A stretch of 64,000 nt of DNA. It comes from Mobula hypostoma. Its lineage: Eukaryota. Each line of letters begins with the position of its first letter. The first letter of the stretch is position 1. Positions 51,010 through 63,916 of this stretch are shown piece after piece. The notes below the pieces were generated by a model that saw only the letters and a list, made by a program, of their open reading frames with translations, was not told the origin of the DNA and ran no database searches. The DNA lies in contig NC_086097.1 of assembly GCF_963921235.1 (NCBI RefSeq), positions 22,942,001 through 23,006,000 of the forward strand, read 5' to 3'. The position numbers and the translations under genes were made by a program.

Positions 51010-51180
51010 TTTTCCTCCAGGTGGTTTTGTTTCCTCCTGCAGTCCAAAGACATACTAGTTAGTAAATGAATTGGTCCTTGTAAATGGTCCCGTGATGAGG
51101 CTTGGGTTAAATTGGTAGTTTGCTGGCCAGTGCAGCTCGGTGGGCTGGTTCCACGTTGTATTCTAAATGAAGGTAAATGT
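50862..51180 (+). mobile_element. V-SINE containing (TG)n microsatellite (50969-51008)
   Basis: GGTAGCGTAGTGGTTAG A box, GAGTTCAATTCC B box, V domain. Confidence 0.85.
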
Positions 51181-51855
51181 ATAAAATAAATGTGTAGGCC
51201 AGAGAGATCAGCATCATGTTCAGCATAGAAATTGGGGAACTAAGGGCCTGTCCCTGTGATGTGCTGTTCTATATTCTATATGGACCATATAACGGGGAGA
51301 TATCAAATAAAACTTAGAAAATAACTTCTCCCTCTTTTCATAAAGAGAATTCATGTTTGCTAAATGAATAGAATCATCAAAATAAAAGGCATTCTAGTTC
51401 TGAGCAATGAGATCGCATTACCTTCATTCGTCAATCTCAGAAGTAGACATGGCTTCCCTCTCCCCATCACCAACCACCTGAGACAAGTTGCAGACTTTTG
51501 TTTTCACAGTGCTATCATTGACAAGGTAGACTGCTGTGTTGGATGTTCATCCTGTGAAGACAACGTGAGTCAGAATAATGCATATTTGGAAGAGTGGCCA
51601 GGAGCTATAAAAGCCACCATCTAGATAAGTGCATGGTCAGGAGAAGCTTGTGGGGGGCTGGGTTATGGAACAAATGTGGGTTCGCTGGGCAACACACTTG
51701 GACCAAAGGGACAGTTTCCATGATGTATAACTCTGACGGCCAACTTTCACTGAGGATAAGCGGAATGTCAACTAATCTCATTTAGAAACACAGATTCTGA
51801 GTCCTGATGAAGAGTCTGAGGCCAAAGCGTTGATTCTTTAATCCTTTGCATAGAT

Positions 51856-51931
51856 TAGGGGTTCCCAGCCTTTTTTATGCCATGGGCACCTGTTATTAAC
51901 TGGTCAGTGGGCACCAAGTTGAGAACCCCTG
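51856..51931. mobile_element. hAT MITE inside a PLE 3' end (51800-51990)
   Basis: 8-bp TSD GCATAGAT/GCACAGAT. Confidence 0.8.
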
Positions 51932-51990
51932 GCACAGATGTCGCCTGACCTGCTGAGTTCCTCCAGCATGTTGTGTGTGCTTTTCTGGAT

Positions 51991-52276
51991 ATTTATTTAT
52001 TTATTCATTGAGGTACGGCACAGAATAGGCCCTTCTGGCCCTTCGAGCCACGTCACCCAGCAACCCCCGATTTAATCCTAGCCTCATCACAGGACAATTT
52101 AAAATGACCAGTTATCCAGCCAACCGGTACGCCTTTGGACTGTGGGAGGAAACCAGAGCATGAAACACATGTGGTCATGGGAGAGTATACAAACTCCATA
52201 CAGACAGCAGTGGGAATTGAACCCGGGTCACTGGTACTGTAAAGTATTGTGCTAACCACTATGCCACTGTATGGGC
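51991..52276 (-). mobile_element. V-SINE
   Basis: Reverse-complement V domain and tRNA head; (TAAA)n tail. Confidence 0.85.
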
Positions 52277-54689
52277 AGCACTTGCAGAAGTATCTTGTGT
52301 TCTGAGAGGAAATAGCGGGGTAGATGCATTGCAGCTGTTTCCATACACCTGAGAGTCTATAACTGGGAGGCATAAACCCAGAATAATTGGACAGTATTTA
52401 AGGCTGAGCTGAGGAGAAATCTCTTTAAAAAGAGGTTTGCAAGTCTAGGCAGATTGATTGATATGAGTACTCAGAGAGTCAACTAACTTGGGCTTCTACC
52501 GGAAACTGAAACTGTGACACAAAATAAACCATGTTTTAACTGAATTGAGGAGTTAGTTTAAGCCGTTTGCCTGGAGAGGAGATAAATAACGTTTGATTTT
52601 AGTAATTAACATTTTTGTTAAATTGCCAGCAACTGCTTAGCTCGTGTTCTCTCCAAAAGTAGACGAACTCTCCACGGAAAGACAAACACATCTGCCTTTA
52701 TGAGCTCAAATCGTGTGTTCTACAGCCGCTGAAGTTCTTTTACAATCCAGCTATGTTTATAATAAATTTGGCAGCTAATCTGTGCACAAAACGTTCCCAC
52801 ACACAGTAATGTGATAAGGACAAGACCATTTGTCCTTTGTTGAATAATAGATGTTGAAATATTGAATAGGACATTGAGGATAAGCATTTAATGGAATACT
52901 TCCAATTTTTGTCAGAATGAAATGACTGGCTGAAGACTTGTTCTGAACTTCCACCAACAAAGGCAACTATTGGGCACATGGCCATCAGTGATCTCTAATA
53001 ATATCTTGTGCCTCGTAAGAAAGTCTATGTCTTTGTATTTTACTGTTTATGAATGCTTAGGGTAGGTTAACAACTGTGGACGTATGGACAGGTTAGCACC
53101 TACCAAACAAAAGGTAGAGGAGAAAAAAATTAATTAAAGTAAACAACAGTAACTAGGCAAGCTATCTGCAAGATTGTGAATCGTCTTGATTGGATAGATA
53201 TGTAGAGAATTCTGCCTCGTGGGAGAACATATAAAAAAGGCGTCACCCATTTTGGATGGGCATGAGGTGACTTATTTGCTGTGAGAGGGCCGTCAGATAT
53301 CAGGGCTTCTTTCCTCAGATGAGGATGAATCCTTGGAGATTTTTAGATTCTTCATCAAAAAAGAGTCAGGCAAAAGAAGAAATTAGAAGAAGGTGGTTTG
53401 CTTTATTTGTGACATGTATGTACATTGAAACAGCCAGTGAAATAAGATCAGCAAGTGTTGCAACTTTCCCCGACATCAACATCTCCATAACTCAATAACC
53501 CTAACCCTGTACGCCTTTGGAATATAGGAGGAAATCAGAGCTCCTGGAGGAAATCCACAAGGTCATAGGTTTAACATAGAAACTCCTTACAGACAGTGGC
53601 AGGAATTGAACCCCGATCAGTAAATGCTGGCTCTGTAAAACAATTGCAGTAGCCACTATGAGGTCACAACCAAATCAACTGTTATATAAATGCTGTCAAA
53701 CCAGAATCTGCAGAAGCGGTAATGCACCATTAAGCTGGGTGCCAACCACCGTAAAACAAGAAGAAGAAAAAGAAAAATCTGCAGATGCTGGAAATCCAAG
53801 CAACACACAAAAATTTGTTGGGCTGAATGGCTTTCCACCTGTGATAATTCATATCATCATATGCATTTTGTGTGTTACTCATGAAATGACTGATTGACAT
53901 TGGCTTTCAATCCAACGGTCCCTCAAATCTCAATGTTAAAACTGTCTCCTTCCTTTTGGGGAGCTACTTGCTTTGGAGCACCAGTCTCAAGTTCAAGTTC
54001 AAGTTTAATTGTCATTCAACCACACATGAATACCAATGAACACAGCCAAATGAAACAGTCTTACTCCAGGGCCAAAATGCAAACAAAGTACAGTACCAAC
54101 TGCCACAAAGAGTATTGCAGCAGTCTACAGTTGAACACAATACTTCTTGTTTTCTGCTGAGTGAACACTGGGGGCTGGGGGGGTGCAGCACCATCTCCAG
54201 CTCAGACACCATGCCACACTGCCTCCAGTGGAGTGCACTGTCTCTGATGCCTCTCACCTGGTCAGCCATAAACAGGCAACACCGTGGCTTAAGGGCTAAT
54301 CCATGCTTCGACTGAGGTCACGCAGATCCCCTGCTATCCGCCAGTAAGTCAGTGAACTGGACTTGCAGCATTTCACATTAACTATGTCCAACTGGGTCTT
54401 GCAATCGTAGGAAAAGTGACTAAGACAATGACTTGCTATTAGACTACACACCGCTTTCACGCACCCACTCCTCTGACGCAGGCAGTAGCATGATCTGTAC
54501 CAAGTCCAGCTCCTTCAGTTTCTCCACCAATGAGCAACTCACTGATGGAGTAAACCTGCAGTACTTTAAGTTCTCTGTGTACTTTCCAGATATCTGTGCA
54601 CATCCAATCATGAGCCCATTGGAGACACTCCGCCACAGGTAGACGGGGTCGTAAAGAGAGCTTCTGGCCATGTCCTTCTGACTTTCGTA

Positions 54690-55312
54690 AATCAAAGCAT
54701 TGAGTATAGCTGTTACAATGTTATGGTAAAGTTACCTAAGGTGTTGGTGAGGTCTAATTTGGAGTATTGTGTGCAGTTCTGGTCACTGACCTACAGGAAA
54801 GATATCAATAAGACTGAAATAGTACACAGAAAACTTATAAAGAATTTTGCCAGGACTCGAAGACATGAGTTATAGGGAAAGGTTGAATAGGTTACGACTT
54901 TATTTGCTGGAGTATAAGATAATGAAGGGATATTTGATAGAGATATATGAAGTTAGATATAGATGGGATAAATGCAAGCAGGCTTTTTCCACTGAGGTTG
55001 GGTAAGACTAGAACAAGAGGTTATAGGTTAAGGGTGAAAAGTGAAATATTTAAGGGAAGCCGGGGGGGGAGGGGATCTTCTTCACTAAGAGGGCGGAGAG
55101 AATGGAACAAGTTGCCAGTGTTGGATGTGGATTCAATTTCAACATTTAAGAGAAGTTTGGATAAGTCCCTGGATAGAGTGGGTATGGAGGGCTGTGGTGT
55201 GGGTGCAGTTTGATGGGACTAGGCAGAATAACAGTTTGGCACAAATTAGACGGGCCAAAGTGCCTCTTTCTGTGCTGTAGTGTTCTATGATTTTCTGGCT
55301 CAATGACTCTAT
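54690..55312 (+). mobile_element. CR1 LINE 3' fragment
   Basis: LEYCVQFWS, RLFPLRLGKTRTRG, WNKLP motifs. Confidence 0.85.
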
Positions 55313-55776
55313 GACCACTGATGGCCATACCTTCTACTGCCTTAGCCCTGAGAACTGAAGAGCTTCCTCTTAACAACTAGTATTTTGTCCTTTACATTTT
55401 TCCAGTTAAAATCCATCATTTTTCCTCATATCTACTCCTGCTGTAGCGCATCAGTCTTTGTTTCATAACGTTCACGTGAAGCCTCGTGAGATAGTTAACT
55501 CTGCAAAAGGTGCTCATTGTTGCTGGGATCATCAGAAATACAAGTGACAAAATTCCTGAAATAGGTTCTGGACAGTTTGCAAATAAAATTACGCCTGCAT
55601 TTTCGCATTTGGTTGTAGAAAATTGCAAGGAGTGGAAAGTGAGTTAAAAAGACTGAGAACAGGCTGAGTGTGCAGCTAACAGTGATTTTGGCATCAGGAA
55701 GAATGCCGTCAGTGGTCCCGGAGTCATAGAGTTACAGGGCATCACAACACAGAGAAAGGAAGGCCCTCATTCATTA

Positions 55777-56380
55777 CAAACACGAGAAAGTCTGTAAATG
55801 CTCGAAATCCAAACTAACACACACAAAATGCTGGAGGCACTCAGCAGGTCAGGAAAGGATGAAACCGTCGACGTTTCAGGCCAGGACCCTTCTTTAGGAC
55901 TGAAAAGGAGGGGGGAAGATGCCAGAAGGAAAAGGTGGAAAGAGACTAGCTCCTGTGCCAAGATGAGGCCACCCTCAGGGTGGAGGAGCCACGTCTTATA
56001 TTATGTCTGGGTACCCTCCAAGCTGATGACATGAATATTAATTTCTCCTTCCAGTGTACAGATTCCAACCCCTCCACACTTCCTCTATTCCCCACACTTT
56101 TATTTCCCCCGGGTCCCTTCCTCCTTCCTTTTTCCTACTGTCACTCTTCTCTCCTGTCATATTCCTTCTTCGACAACCTTGACCTTTCCCACCCACCTGA
56201 CTTCACCCATCACCTTCCAGCCAGCATCTTTCCCCTCCCACAATTTCTGTTCCTGGCATCTTCCCTCTTCCTTCTCAGTCCTGATGAAGAGTTTCAGCCT
56301 GAAACGTTGACTGTTTATTTATTTCCATAGATGCTGCCTGACCTGCTGAGTTCCCCCAGCATTTTGTGTGTGCTGCTTTC
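55777..56380. mobile_element. Inverted tail-outward PLE pair in one TSD, two hammerheads (55865-55902 minus, 56276-56313 plus)
   Basis: Perfect 13-bp TSD CCCTCATTCATTA (55764-55776, 56381-56393). Confidence 0.88.
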
Positions 56381-57189
56381 CCCTCATTCATTAGTCTGCA
56401 GACTGCAGAGAAAAAAATTGGGCCAATATATAAGGTCAATAAAATTACATCTTCAATGAATTGGGTCAATAAAAGTATGTCTTCATTTTCACATTCGATG
56501 TTAGAATACTGGAAGCACTGGAAATTGTTTAACGGGCTGAGTACAGGCCAAGTGTGCAGCTGACAGGGATTGTGACTTCGTGAAGAATGTTCCCTATTGT
56601 TCAGTCTGCAGGCTGCAGAGACAAAGTTGGGTCAGTTTGTTTTTTGTTTGAAGTGGCCAGGCGATGGCGCAGACAAGCTGAAGGGTAATGGTTGTTGAAA
56701 GCTGCAGTAGGGAGGAGCGAGTTAGCAGAGCGTAACCTGAAAAAGGCTGCAGCTGCTACACGAAAGGACGTGCTCTGACTCTCTCCTCACTGGCCTGGCA
56801 GGAGCCTGTGCTCTGTCTGCACCTCCCAGCTTTCCCCTTCCTCACCTAATCAATAGCAGCAAAACAAACTTGTATCCACCGTCCCACGTTTCGTTTGAAG
56901 TTGGAAAGAAATATGTAATTTTTTCCGAAGGGAGGAGTTTGTACCCTTTGTTTTATTTTTCCACATTGAATAAAGATGTCTCAATTTGTTATCCTATCTG
57001 AGATATGGCACACTTGCTTATTTCTGGTGTGTGTGTGTGTGTGTGTGATCTCTGGGCAGAGTAAACTAAACAGACACATTCTATGCGATGAGGGAAGATA
57101 AAATGTGCTTCTTGTGCCTACGAATAAAAATACAGGAGGTGCAGTCAGGCTTTTTGATATTAAAGACGTGTGTTAAACATAATTAAGTA

Positions 57190-57630
57190 ATACCAACTCT
57201 GATGGATAGGTCATGTCATCCAAATGCCTAAATCACTTGTCCCCAAACAAATTCTTTACTCCTAGTTGAATGAAGGTCTGTGAGCCTCTGGTGGGCAAAG
57301 GAAACGCTTCAAAGATAACATCAAAATCTGGCAGAAAAAATTCAATATTACATATGACAACTGGGAAGACATTGCACTCAGTAGATTGCACTTGGAGGAA
57401 ATCTGTACAAGAGGGAGCTTCATTACGTGAGAGCGATCTCCACTGTGCTGCAGAGAACAAGTGACGGCTCCGAAAGGAGAGACTGAACAACCAAAAAGAC
57501 ACAACTACTAAACACAGCCACCAGCAGAGTATGTGATTCCAGGATCGGTCTCTACAGCCATCTGAAGACCCAACATTAGACAACCCCTTAGGAGATCACC
57601 ATACTCGACTCAAATGATCGCACTATTACT
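57190..57630 (+). mobile_element. RTE-clade (BovB-like) LINE 3' fragment
   Basis: QL.WIGHVIQMP...PKQILYS.LNEG....GGQRKRFKDNIK motif; (ACT)n-like tail. Confidence 0.8.
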
Positions 57631-59734
57631 ATTAAGCATTAGCACGGCAGCAATATTTATATAGTGCCTTTAACATCGAAATTCTTCTGAGTTTCCTTGT
57701 CTATCAAACTTTTACATTGAATAGTAGGAGCAGGTATTAAAATGGGTGATCAAAGGAGCACCTGAACGGAGGCAGGAGTGAAAGTAGTGGAGAGGGAGGA
57801 ACCAAGACAGAGATTGAAAGTGAGGGAGAGAGAGACAGCGAGAGAGAGAGCATGATCTGGATGGTAGGGGTCCTTGATGATGGACGCTGCTTTCCTGCAA
57901 CAATGCTCCTTGCGGATGTGCTCAGTGGTGGGGGCGGCTTTACCTGTGATGGACTGGGCCGTATCCATTCCTTTTTGTAGGATATTCCATTCAAGGGCAT
58001 TAGTGTTCCCATACCAGGCTGTAATGCAGCCAGTCAATATACTCTCCACCACATCTTCGCAAACTCCTAAGGAAGTAGAGGCCCTGACTGCTGTGCTAAC
58101 TTCGTAATTGCATATCCATCCTGCGCCCAGGACAGATCCTCTGAAATGATGACACCATGGAATTTGAAGTTGCTGAGTCTCTCCACCAACATTCATGACC
58201 AGATGTGGTTGGGCCGGTATGTTTCAATGTGATTCTTTATGAGGCTGCGTGATCTTGTCTATTGTGCACTGTTTGTAGCATTTAGAATGCTGGTTGTCCT
58301 ATATTACAGTTTCACCAAGCTGCCTCCTCATTGGTTTGTATCTGCTAATGGCACGTCCTCTGTACTCCTCATTGAGTTGGGGCTGATGCCTCAGCTTGAG
58401 TGCAATAGTGGATGTAGAAAGTATAGAACATTAGAACAATGTGATAAACTTTGGAAGGTCAGAGTTGAAGGCAGAATGCAGGGTCATTTGCCGGATTCTT
58501 AACAGTGTGGAGGAACGGAGGGGCCTTGGAGTCTATGTCCAGTGATCACTTGAATATGAATGACCAAAGTCAAAGTTTATTGTCAGTCATATACACAAGT
58601 ACATATATACACAGGTACAATGAAAAACTTACTTGGAGCAGCAGTTCAGGCACATACAATATGCATATCAAATCTCCAGTGACAACATCAATTAGGCTGT
58701 CACAGCAGCTTTGCTGGGGAAAGTCTAATTTAAGTAGAAGCATCTCTGATTGAACATGGTGGATTTCTCCTTCACGACGCTGTCAACATTACATTGTTTT
58801 GTTTTGCTGTGTGATGCAATGGATTGATTATGTAAAGCGACCGGCGCAGGTTTAACCACTGGGATATGAATATAGAAGCCAGTTGAGCACTGAAGTAATA
58901 TATAAGGGAATCTACTTCCTGAAAGCCCTTAGGGCTTTGCTGTTGGTGGTCTTTGTAAGTGAGGTGCTTTTGGAATTGAATCATAGCTGTCATTGACACC
59001 TGATGACAATGTCAACCAATTCCAAGTGGAATAAGGTCATGTGATTTAGGTTGATTCACGCCAAATTTTTACTTGGTTCATTTTTATTCATTAGTGGGAC
59101 ATGATCTATGTGACACAAACCATGTGACAGTTTAAAATAATTACCACAGGCCTACTTTAATTTAACTTCTACAATCTCTCAATCCCATCTTTGATGTGGC
59201 TAAGTAATGATAGATTCTGCTTGTCAAAACTGTCCTTGGAAATATTCGGCTCCAATGTATTGATTAAATGTAGAGGCCTCAGGCTGAAGTTTTTAATCAA
59301 CACATTATCCTATTATTGCCTGGTACATTCCTGACAAGCTGTGGTTATTGTTTAGTGCATCTAATTTCACAGTCTGTGTTGTGTGTGCATATCATCATTA
59401 CCATTGACTATATATCTTAAGCATTAACTGAAGCATGTGAATGTTCCGATTTTAAACTGAAATGGAACCCAAGTAAGCAAAGGCCAATTAGAGTGGTTGG
59501 ATTTGCTGTTAGATTGAAAGGAACGTATTAAAATCTACCACTCAGCCAGGTTGGTTTGTAGTTACCAGGAAACACCTGCAAGTTTATATCAGGTAATGTG
59601 CAGATCAAGTTGATCACACTTGATAATGGCATATCTTTTCGTATTTCCACTGATTTAAGTTGCAGTGGGAGATGCGGAAGAGTATCGGTATCCAATGTTT
59701 TCATTAAAACTAACAGCAAGATTGGATTGACAGT

Positions 59735-60200
59735 ATAGATCATAGAACAGTATATTTCAGAATAGTACAGGCCCTTCAGCCTATGATGTTGTGCTGACCC
59801 TTTAACATACTTTAGGATCAATCTAACCTTTCCCTGCCACATAGCCCTCTATTTTTCTTTCATCTATGTGCCTATCGAAGACTTCTTAATTATCCTATTA
59901 ACTTGTGCTGCAATTTTGTGGGACCTTTGGACATGGACCCAAAGATCCCTCTGTTCCTCAACATGGTTAAGAACCTTGCCATTAACCCTGAATTCTACCT
60001 TCAAATTCAACCTTCCAAAATTAAACCTTTCACACTTTTCTAGTTTGAACTCCATCTGCCTCTTCTCAGCCCAGGTCAGCATCCTGTGAATGTCCTGTTG
60101 TAGCCAATGACAATCTTCTATGCAATCTACAGCACTGCCAACCTTCATGTCATCTGCAAACTTGCTAACACTTCCCCCCCTTCACTTCTTCATCCGAGTT
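59735..60200 (-). mobile_element. CR1 LINE fragment
   Basis: SKFADDMKVG, LQQDI..M.TWAEK.QMEF..EKC, EEQRDL motifs. Confidence 0.88.
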
Positions 60201-61753
60201 ATTAATAAAATAAAAGCTTTTGTACCTTCTTCACAATGACGGGGTGGGGGGGGGGAGGGTGATGATAACCAGAGCGGGAGGGGGTCTTTGATTATGTTGG
60301 CTGCATTCCTGAGATAGTGGGATGTGTAGAGAGAGTCAATGACAGGCTTTCATGACGGACTGAGTTGTGTCCACAAAACTCTGCAGTTTTTTGCAGTCAT
60401 TGGTGGAGGAATTGACATACCAGGCTGTGACACACCCAGATAGGATGCTTTCTATCAGAATCAGGTTTAATATCACTGGCATAAGTTGTGAAATTATATA
60501 TATACATAAAATAGTTAAATTAGTAGTACAAAAAGAGAAATAAAGAAGTAGCGAGGTAGGGTTCATGGGTTCAATGCCCATTCGGAAATTGGATGTTGGA
60601 GGGGAAGAAGCTATTCCAGAATCGTTGACTGTGTGCCATCAGTAGAAATTTGCAAGTGCCTTTGGTGACATCCCAGATCTTCTCAAACTCCAGTGGTGCT
60701 TCTATAAGATATAGTGACGGAGATGCCAAATGTCCTTCGTGTTCTGAGGAAGTAGAGGTACTGGTGTACTTTCTTGGTCAGAGTACTTAAGTGTTTATGC
60801 TAGAGCGTTATCATTATACTTAGTATTGAACACTCTTAAAGTTATATACTTTTTTAATATCTGCCTAACTTGATCCTGTTAAAGCCTTTGTACAAGTCCT
60901 TCGCTGGTTATAGCAGGGTTCAGTTCCTATGAACTGTTCAAAACACGAACAATTCTTGAGTCAGAAATGTGGCTGTGAACTGAGTTTCCAGGCATCAGAA
61001 GATGCTTCTAGAATCACAATATCTAGCAAATCCATCCCGCCAGTCTCCCAAATGATTAACTATATGTATCAGTGTTCGTAGGGATCAGATAGATGATCTG
61101 CAGGGATTATTTTATAGAACATAAAACATAGAATAGTACAGCACAGTACAGGCCCTTTGGCCCACAATGTTGTGCCGACCCTTAAACCCTGCCTCCCATA
61201 TAACCCCCCCATCATAAATTCCTCTATATACCTGTCTACTAGTCTCTTAAATTTCACTAGTGCATCATCTATCTGATCCCTAACTATATTCTACAACACA
61301 GGGTTTCCTCTACCTGTCAACTTCATACTCAATAGAAATCTGCGATTCAGTTGATAGTTTCCAATGTAAGCTTCACTGTAGTCTTGCCTTGTATGATCCA
61401 CAATATCAATTTAATTGCATTTTGATGTAATCCATCCATTGTGAGTCTATCCCCAATATGATGTGGCAACCAGAATTGAACATGGTACTCAAAAGAAAGT
61501 CTAGGATGTAATAAAGATCTTCAGCTTGTGAAGATCCTGCATAGAACGTTTACTTTACATGGATATAATTATCACTGCAAAACAAACCGATAAATCAGAA
61601 TGCTACATATTTATTTACTTTTTAATTAAAGGTTCTGGACTTCTGTGGCATGGATTTGCCATTATTTGTGAACTGTATGTAAGATATCAAAGTGTGGTGA
61701 AAAAAAAGACTGTTAATGAAAGGGTTGCTTGAATATAATCTGATACATGCAGG

Positions 61754-62603
61754 TGTTACGTACCCCGTAACTGGGTTGCCAAACCAGCAGAAATGGATCA
61801 CTCAGTTGGAGTCTGGATTACTAGAACTAAGAAAGTTTTATTAAAGAAACAAGCAAAACAGTACTCTAATCAAAAGGATAATGAATGCAACAGTTCAGCA
61901 ATGATAAACATACATGTACACAGAATTAAGATAACAGGATCAATCAAGCTTTATCGTTGTCTAGGGGTAAATGACCAGTTTCAAAGTGACGCAAAGTTCA
62001 GTTCAATTTAGTTCAGTTCAGTTCGCAGTAATCGCTACCGTGGCAATGGACAGTGTGGGTGGAAGGAGAGAGAGAGCAAAACGAATGAATATTCAAGGCT
62101 TCCAGACAGACCTTCACAGTCAGCTTTCGGGTGAGTCCTTTGTGATGTCATCTGAGGTCACCGACCGTGACCCCTCCATTTCCAGATACGATCGTTTCCC
62201 TGCGGTGAACCTGGCACCCAGGCAAGGGTGGACACACACCAAGTTCCCGCCGATCGTGCCTTTCCACCCTGTGCGTTTATGGCCCGGTACTTCCCACTGA
62301 CTTGTGAGAGACGCACCGCTTCCAGGGTCTTGTTACCTCGGGTGTCGTGTGTGTCCTGCCTTAGCGAACCTGTCCCTTTTTATCCCCCTGCTGGGGTATC
62401 GCCTGTCCATCACTTCAAACAGTTCAGGGTTCAAAGGGGGAGCCGCTCTTGACAGCTCTCCTTCCTTCATTAACATCTCCAAATGCTGCTTCTTTGTTTT
62501 CCTTATCTCTCTCTCTCCTGAAGACAGGTGGCAGACCAACTGCTGATTCCACTGGTGCCAGCCCAGGCCAGCTACATCTTAATCTATGTGTATTCTTGTC
62601 ACA
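61754..62603 (-). mobile_element. Solo LTR (Gypsy-like), 850 bp
   Basis: TGT...ACA termini, perfect TSD CAGG (61750-61753, 62604-62607); minus-strand TATA-like GATAAAA (~62380) and AATAAA (~61840). Confidence 0.9.
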
Positions 62604-63916
62604 CAGGATTTTGTGTTTTATGGATCAATAACATGGTGTATCTATTGTACATTTAGAAGTCATAGTGTCATAGAGCACTACAGCACAGAAACATGCCCTT
62701 TGGCCCATCTAGTACACACTAGCCTAGTCTTCTGCAGAGTCCCATCTACCGACACCTAGACCATAGCCCTCTATACCTCCCGCATCCATGTACCTATCTT
62801 AAATGTACAAGTGAACTCACATCTGCCACTTCTGCAGGCAGCTCATGATGAAGTCATGTGAAATGCATTGCCAATTAGAATTCTGGCAAAGTTAGTTGGG
62901 AAAATAACACTTTCTAGCCATAGTCAATCAAGAAATAAATAATCGGTCTAAGAATGTCAGGAAGAAGTGCTAATATTCATTGGAATATATTGAATAAATC
63001 TTTCCTACCAGACTGCTTAAAGTTATCCATCTATGATCATCAGTGAAAGCTGATGTCCATAGCTTTTGGATGCACATCAAGGTTTGGTTTGATGCTTTCA
63101 AGCTCATGCATAATAGACAGGAGGAGGATTGATTTGATTTTGAAATTCCACGAGGCTGATCCAAACTCAATCACAGTCATGCATTTGCATTATTTCTAAT
63201 GTTCAACAGGCATGTCATACTGAATATCACATTTTTAATGAAGATCATGCCTTGATGGTCTTAACACTTCTAGGTGTCATATTAAGCAATAAAAATATGA
63301 AAAGCTGATTTCAAGTAGCTTTCCTGAAATTCTGGGCATTTCTTTAATAAGCTGAGGGAAAAGTAATCAAGCAGCGGCTTGTTGAACCCCTTAGGGAAAT
63401 GGAAATCTAATACATTAGAGCAGGGGGTCCCAACCTAGCATCCATGGACCCCTTGCTTAATGGTATTGGTCCATGGCATAAAAAAGACTGTATTAGAGTC
63501 ACTTCCATCATTATCAAGAATCAACTTTATTCTCCAAATACATTTACATGCATTAGGAATTTGCTGTGATATGCAACAGAAAGAGCATTCAACTATAATA
63601 AAAAATTAAGAATTACATAAAAATAAAAAATAGAGGTTAAAATATAGAAATGGAATAAAATGTGCACAAATACATAGTATAAATACCATCATGTATGTAC
63701 ATTTTTATCATCATTATAAAAAGTGGTTTAAAATGTTTACAGTGCAGTGCAGTGACTGAGATAATATATAGAATGGGTGGGCAGGAACTAACTAGAATGG
63801 TTGATCAGATTATAACAATAGTTATGTAAAGCATGCTTATCAATGAAAATTATTGAGGCAAAAAGAATAGCAAAAGTATACAGAAAGTAAAAAGGCTCGC
63901 TGAAATTTTGAAAGCC

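Noticed and set aside
214..63170. Short ORFs in the six-frame track as host genes
   Set aside because: Most overlap TEs or are antisense or off-frame readings of them. None shows recognisable host protein similarity or a supported exon structure.
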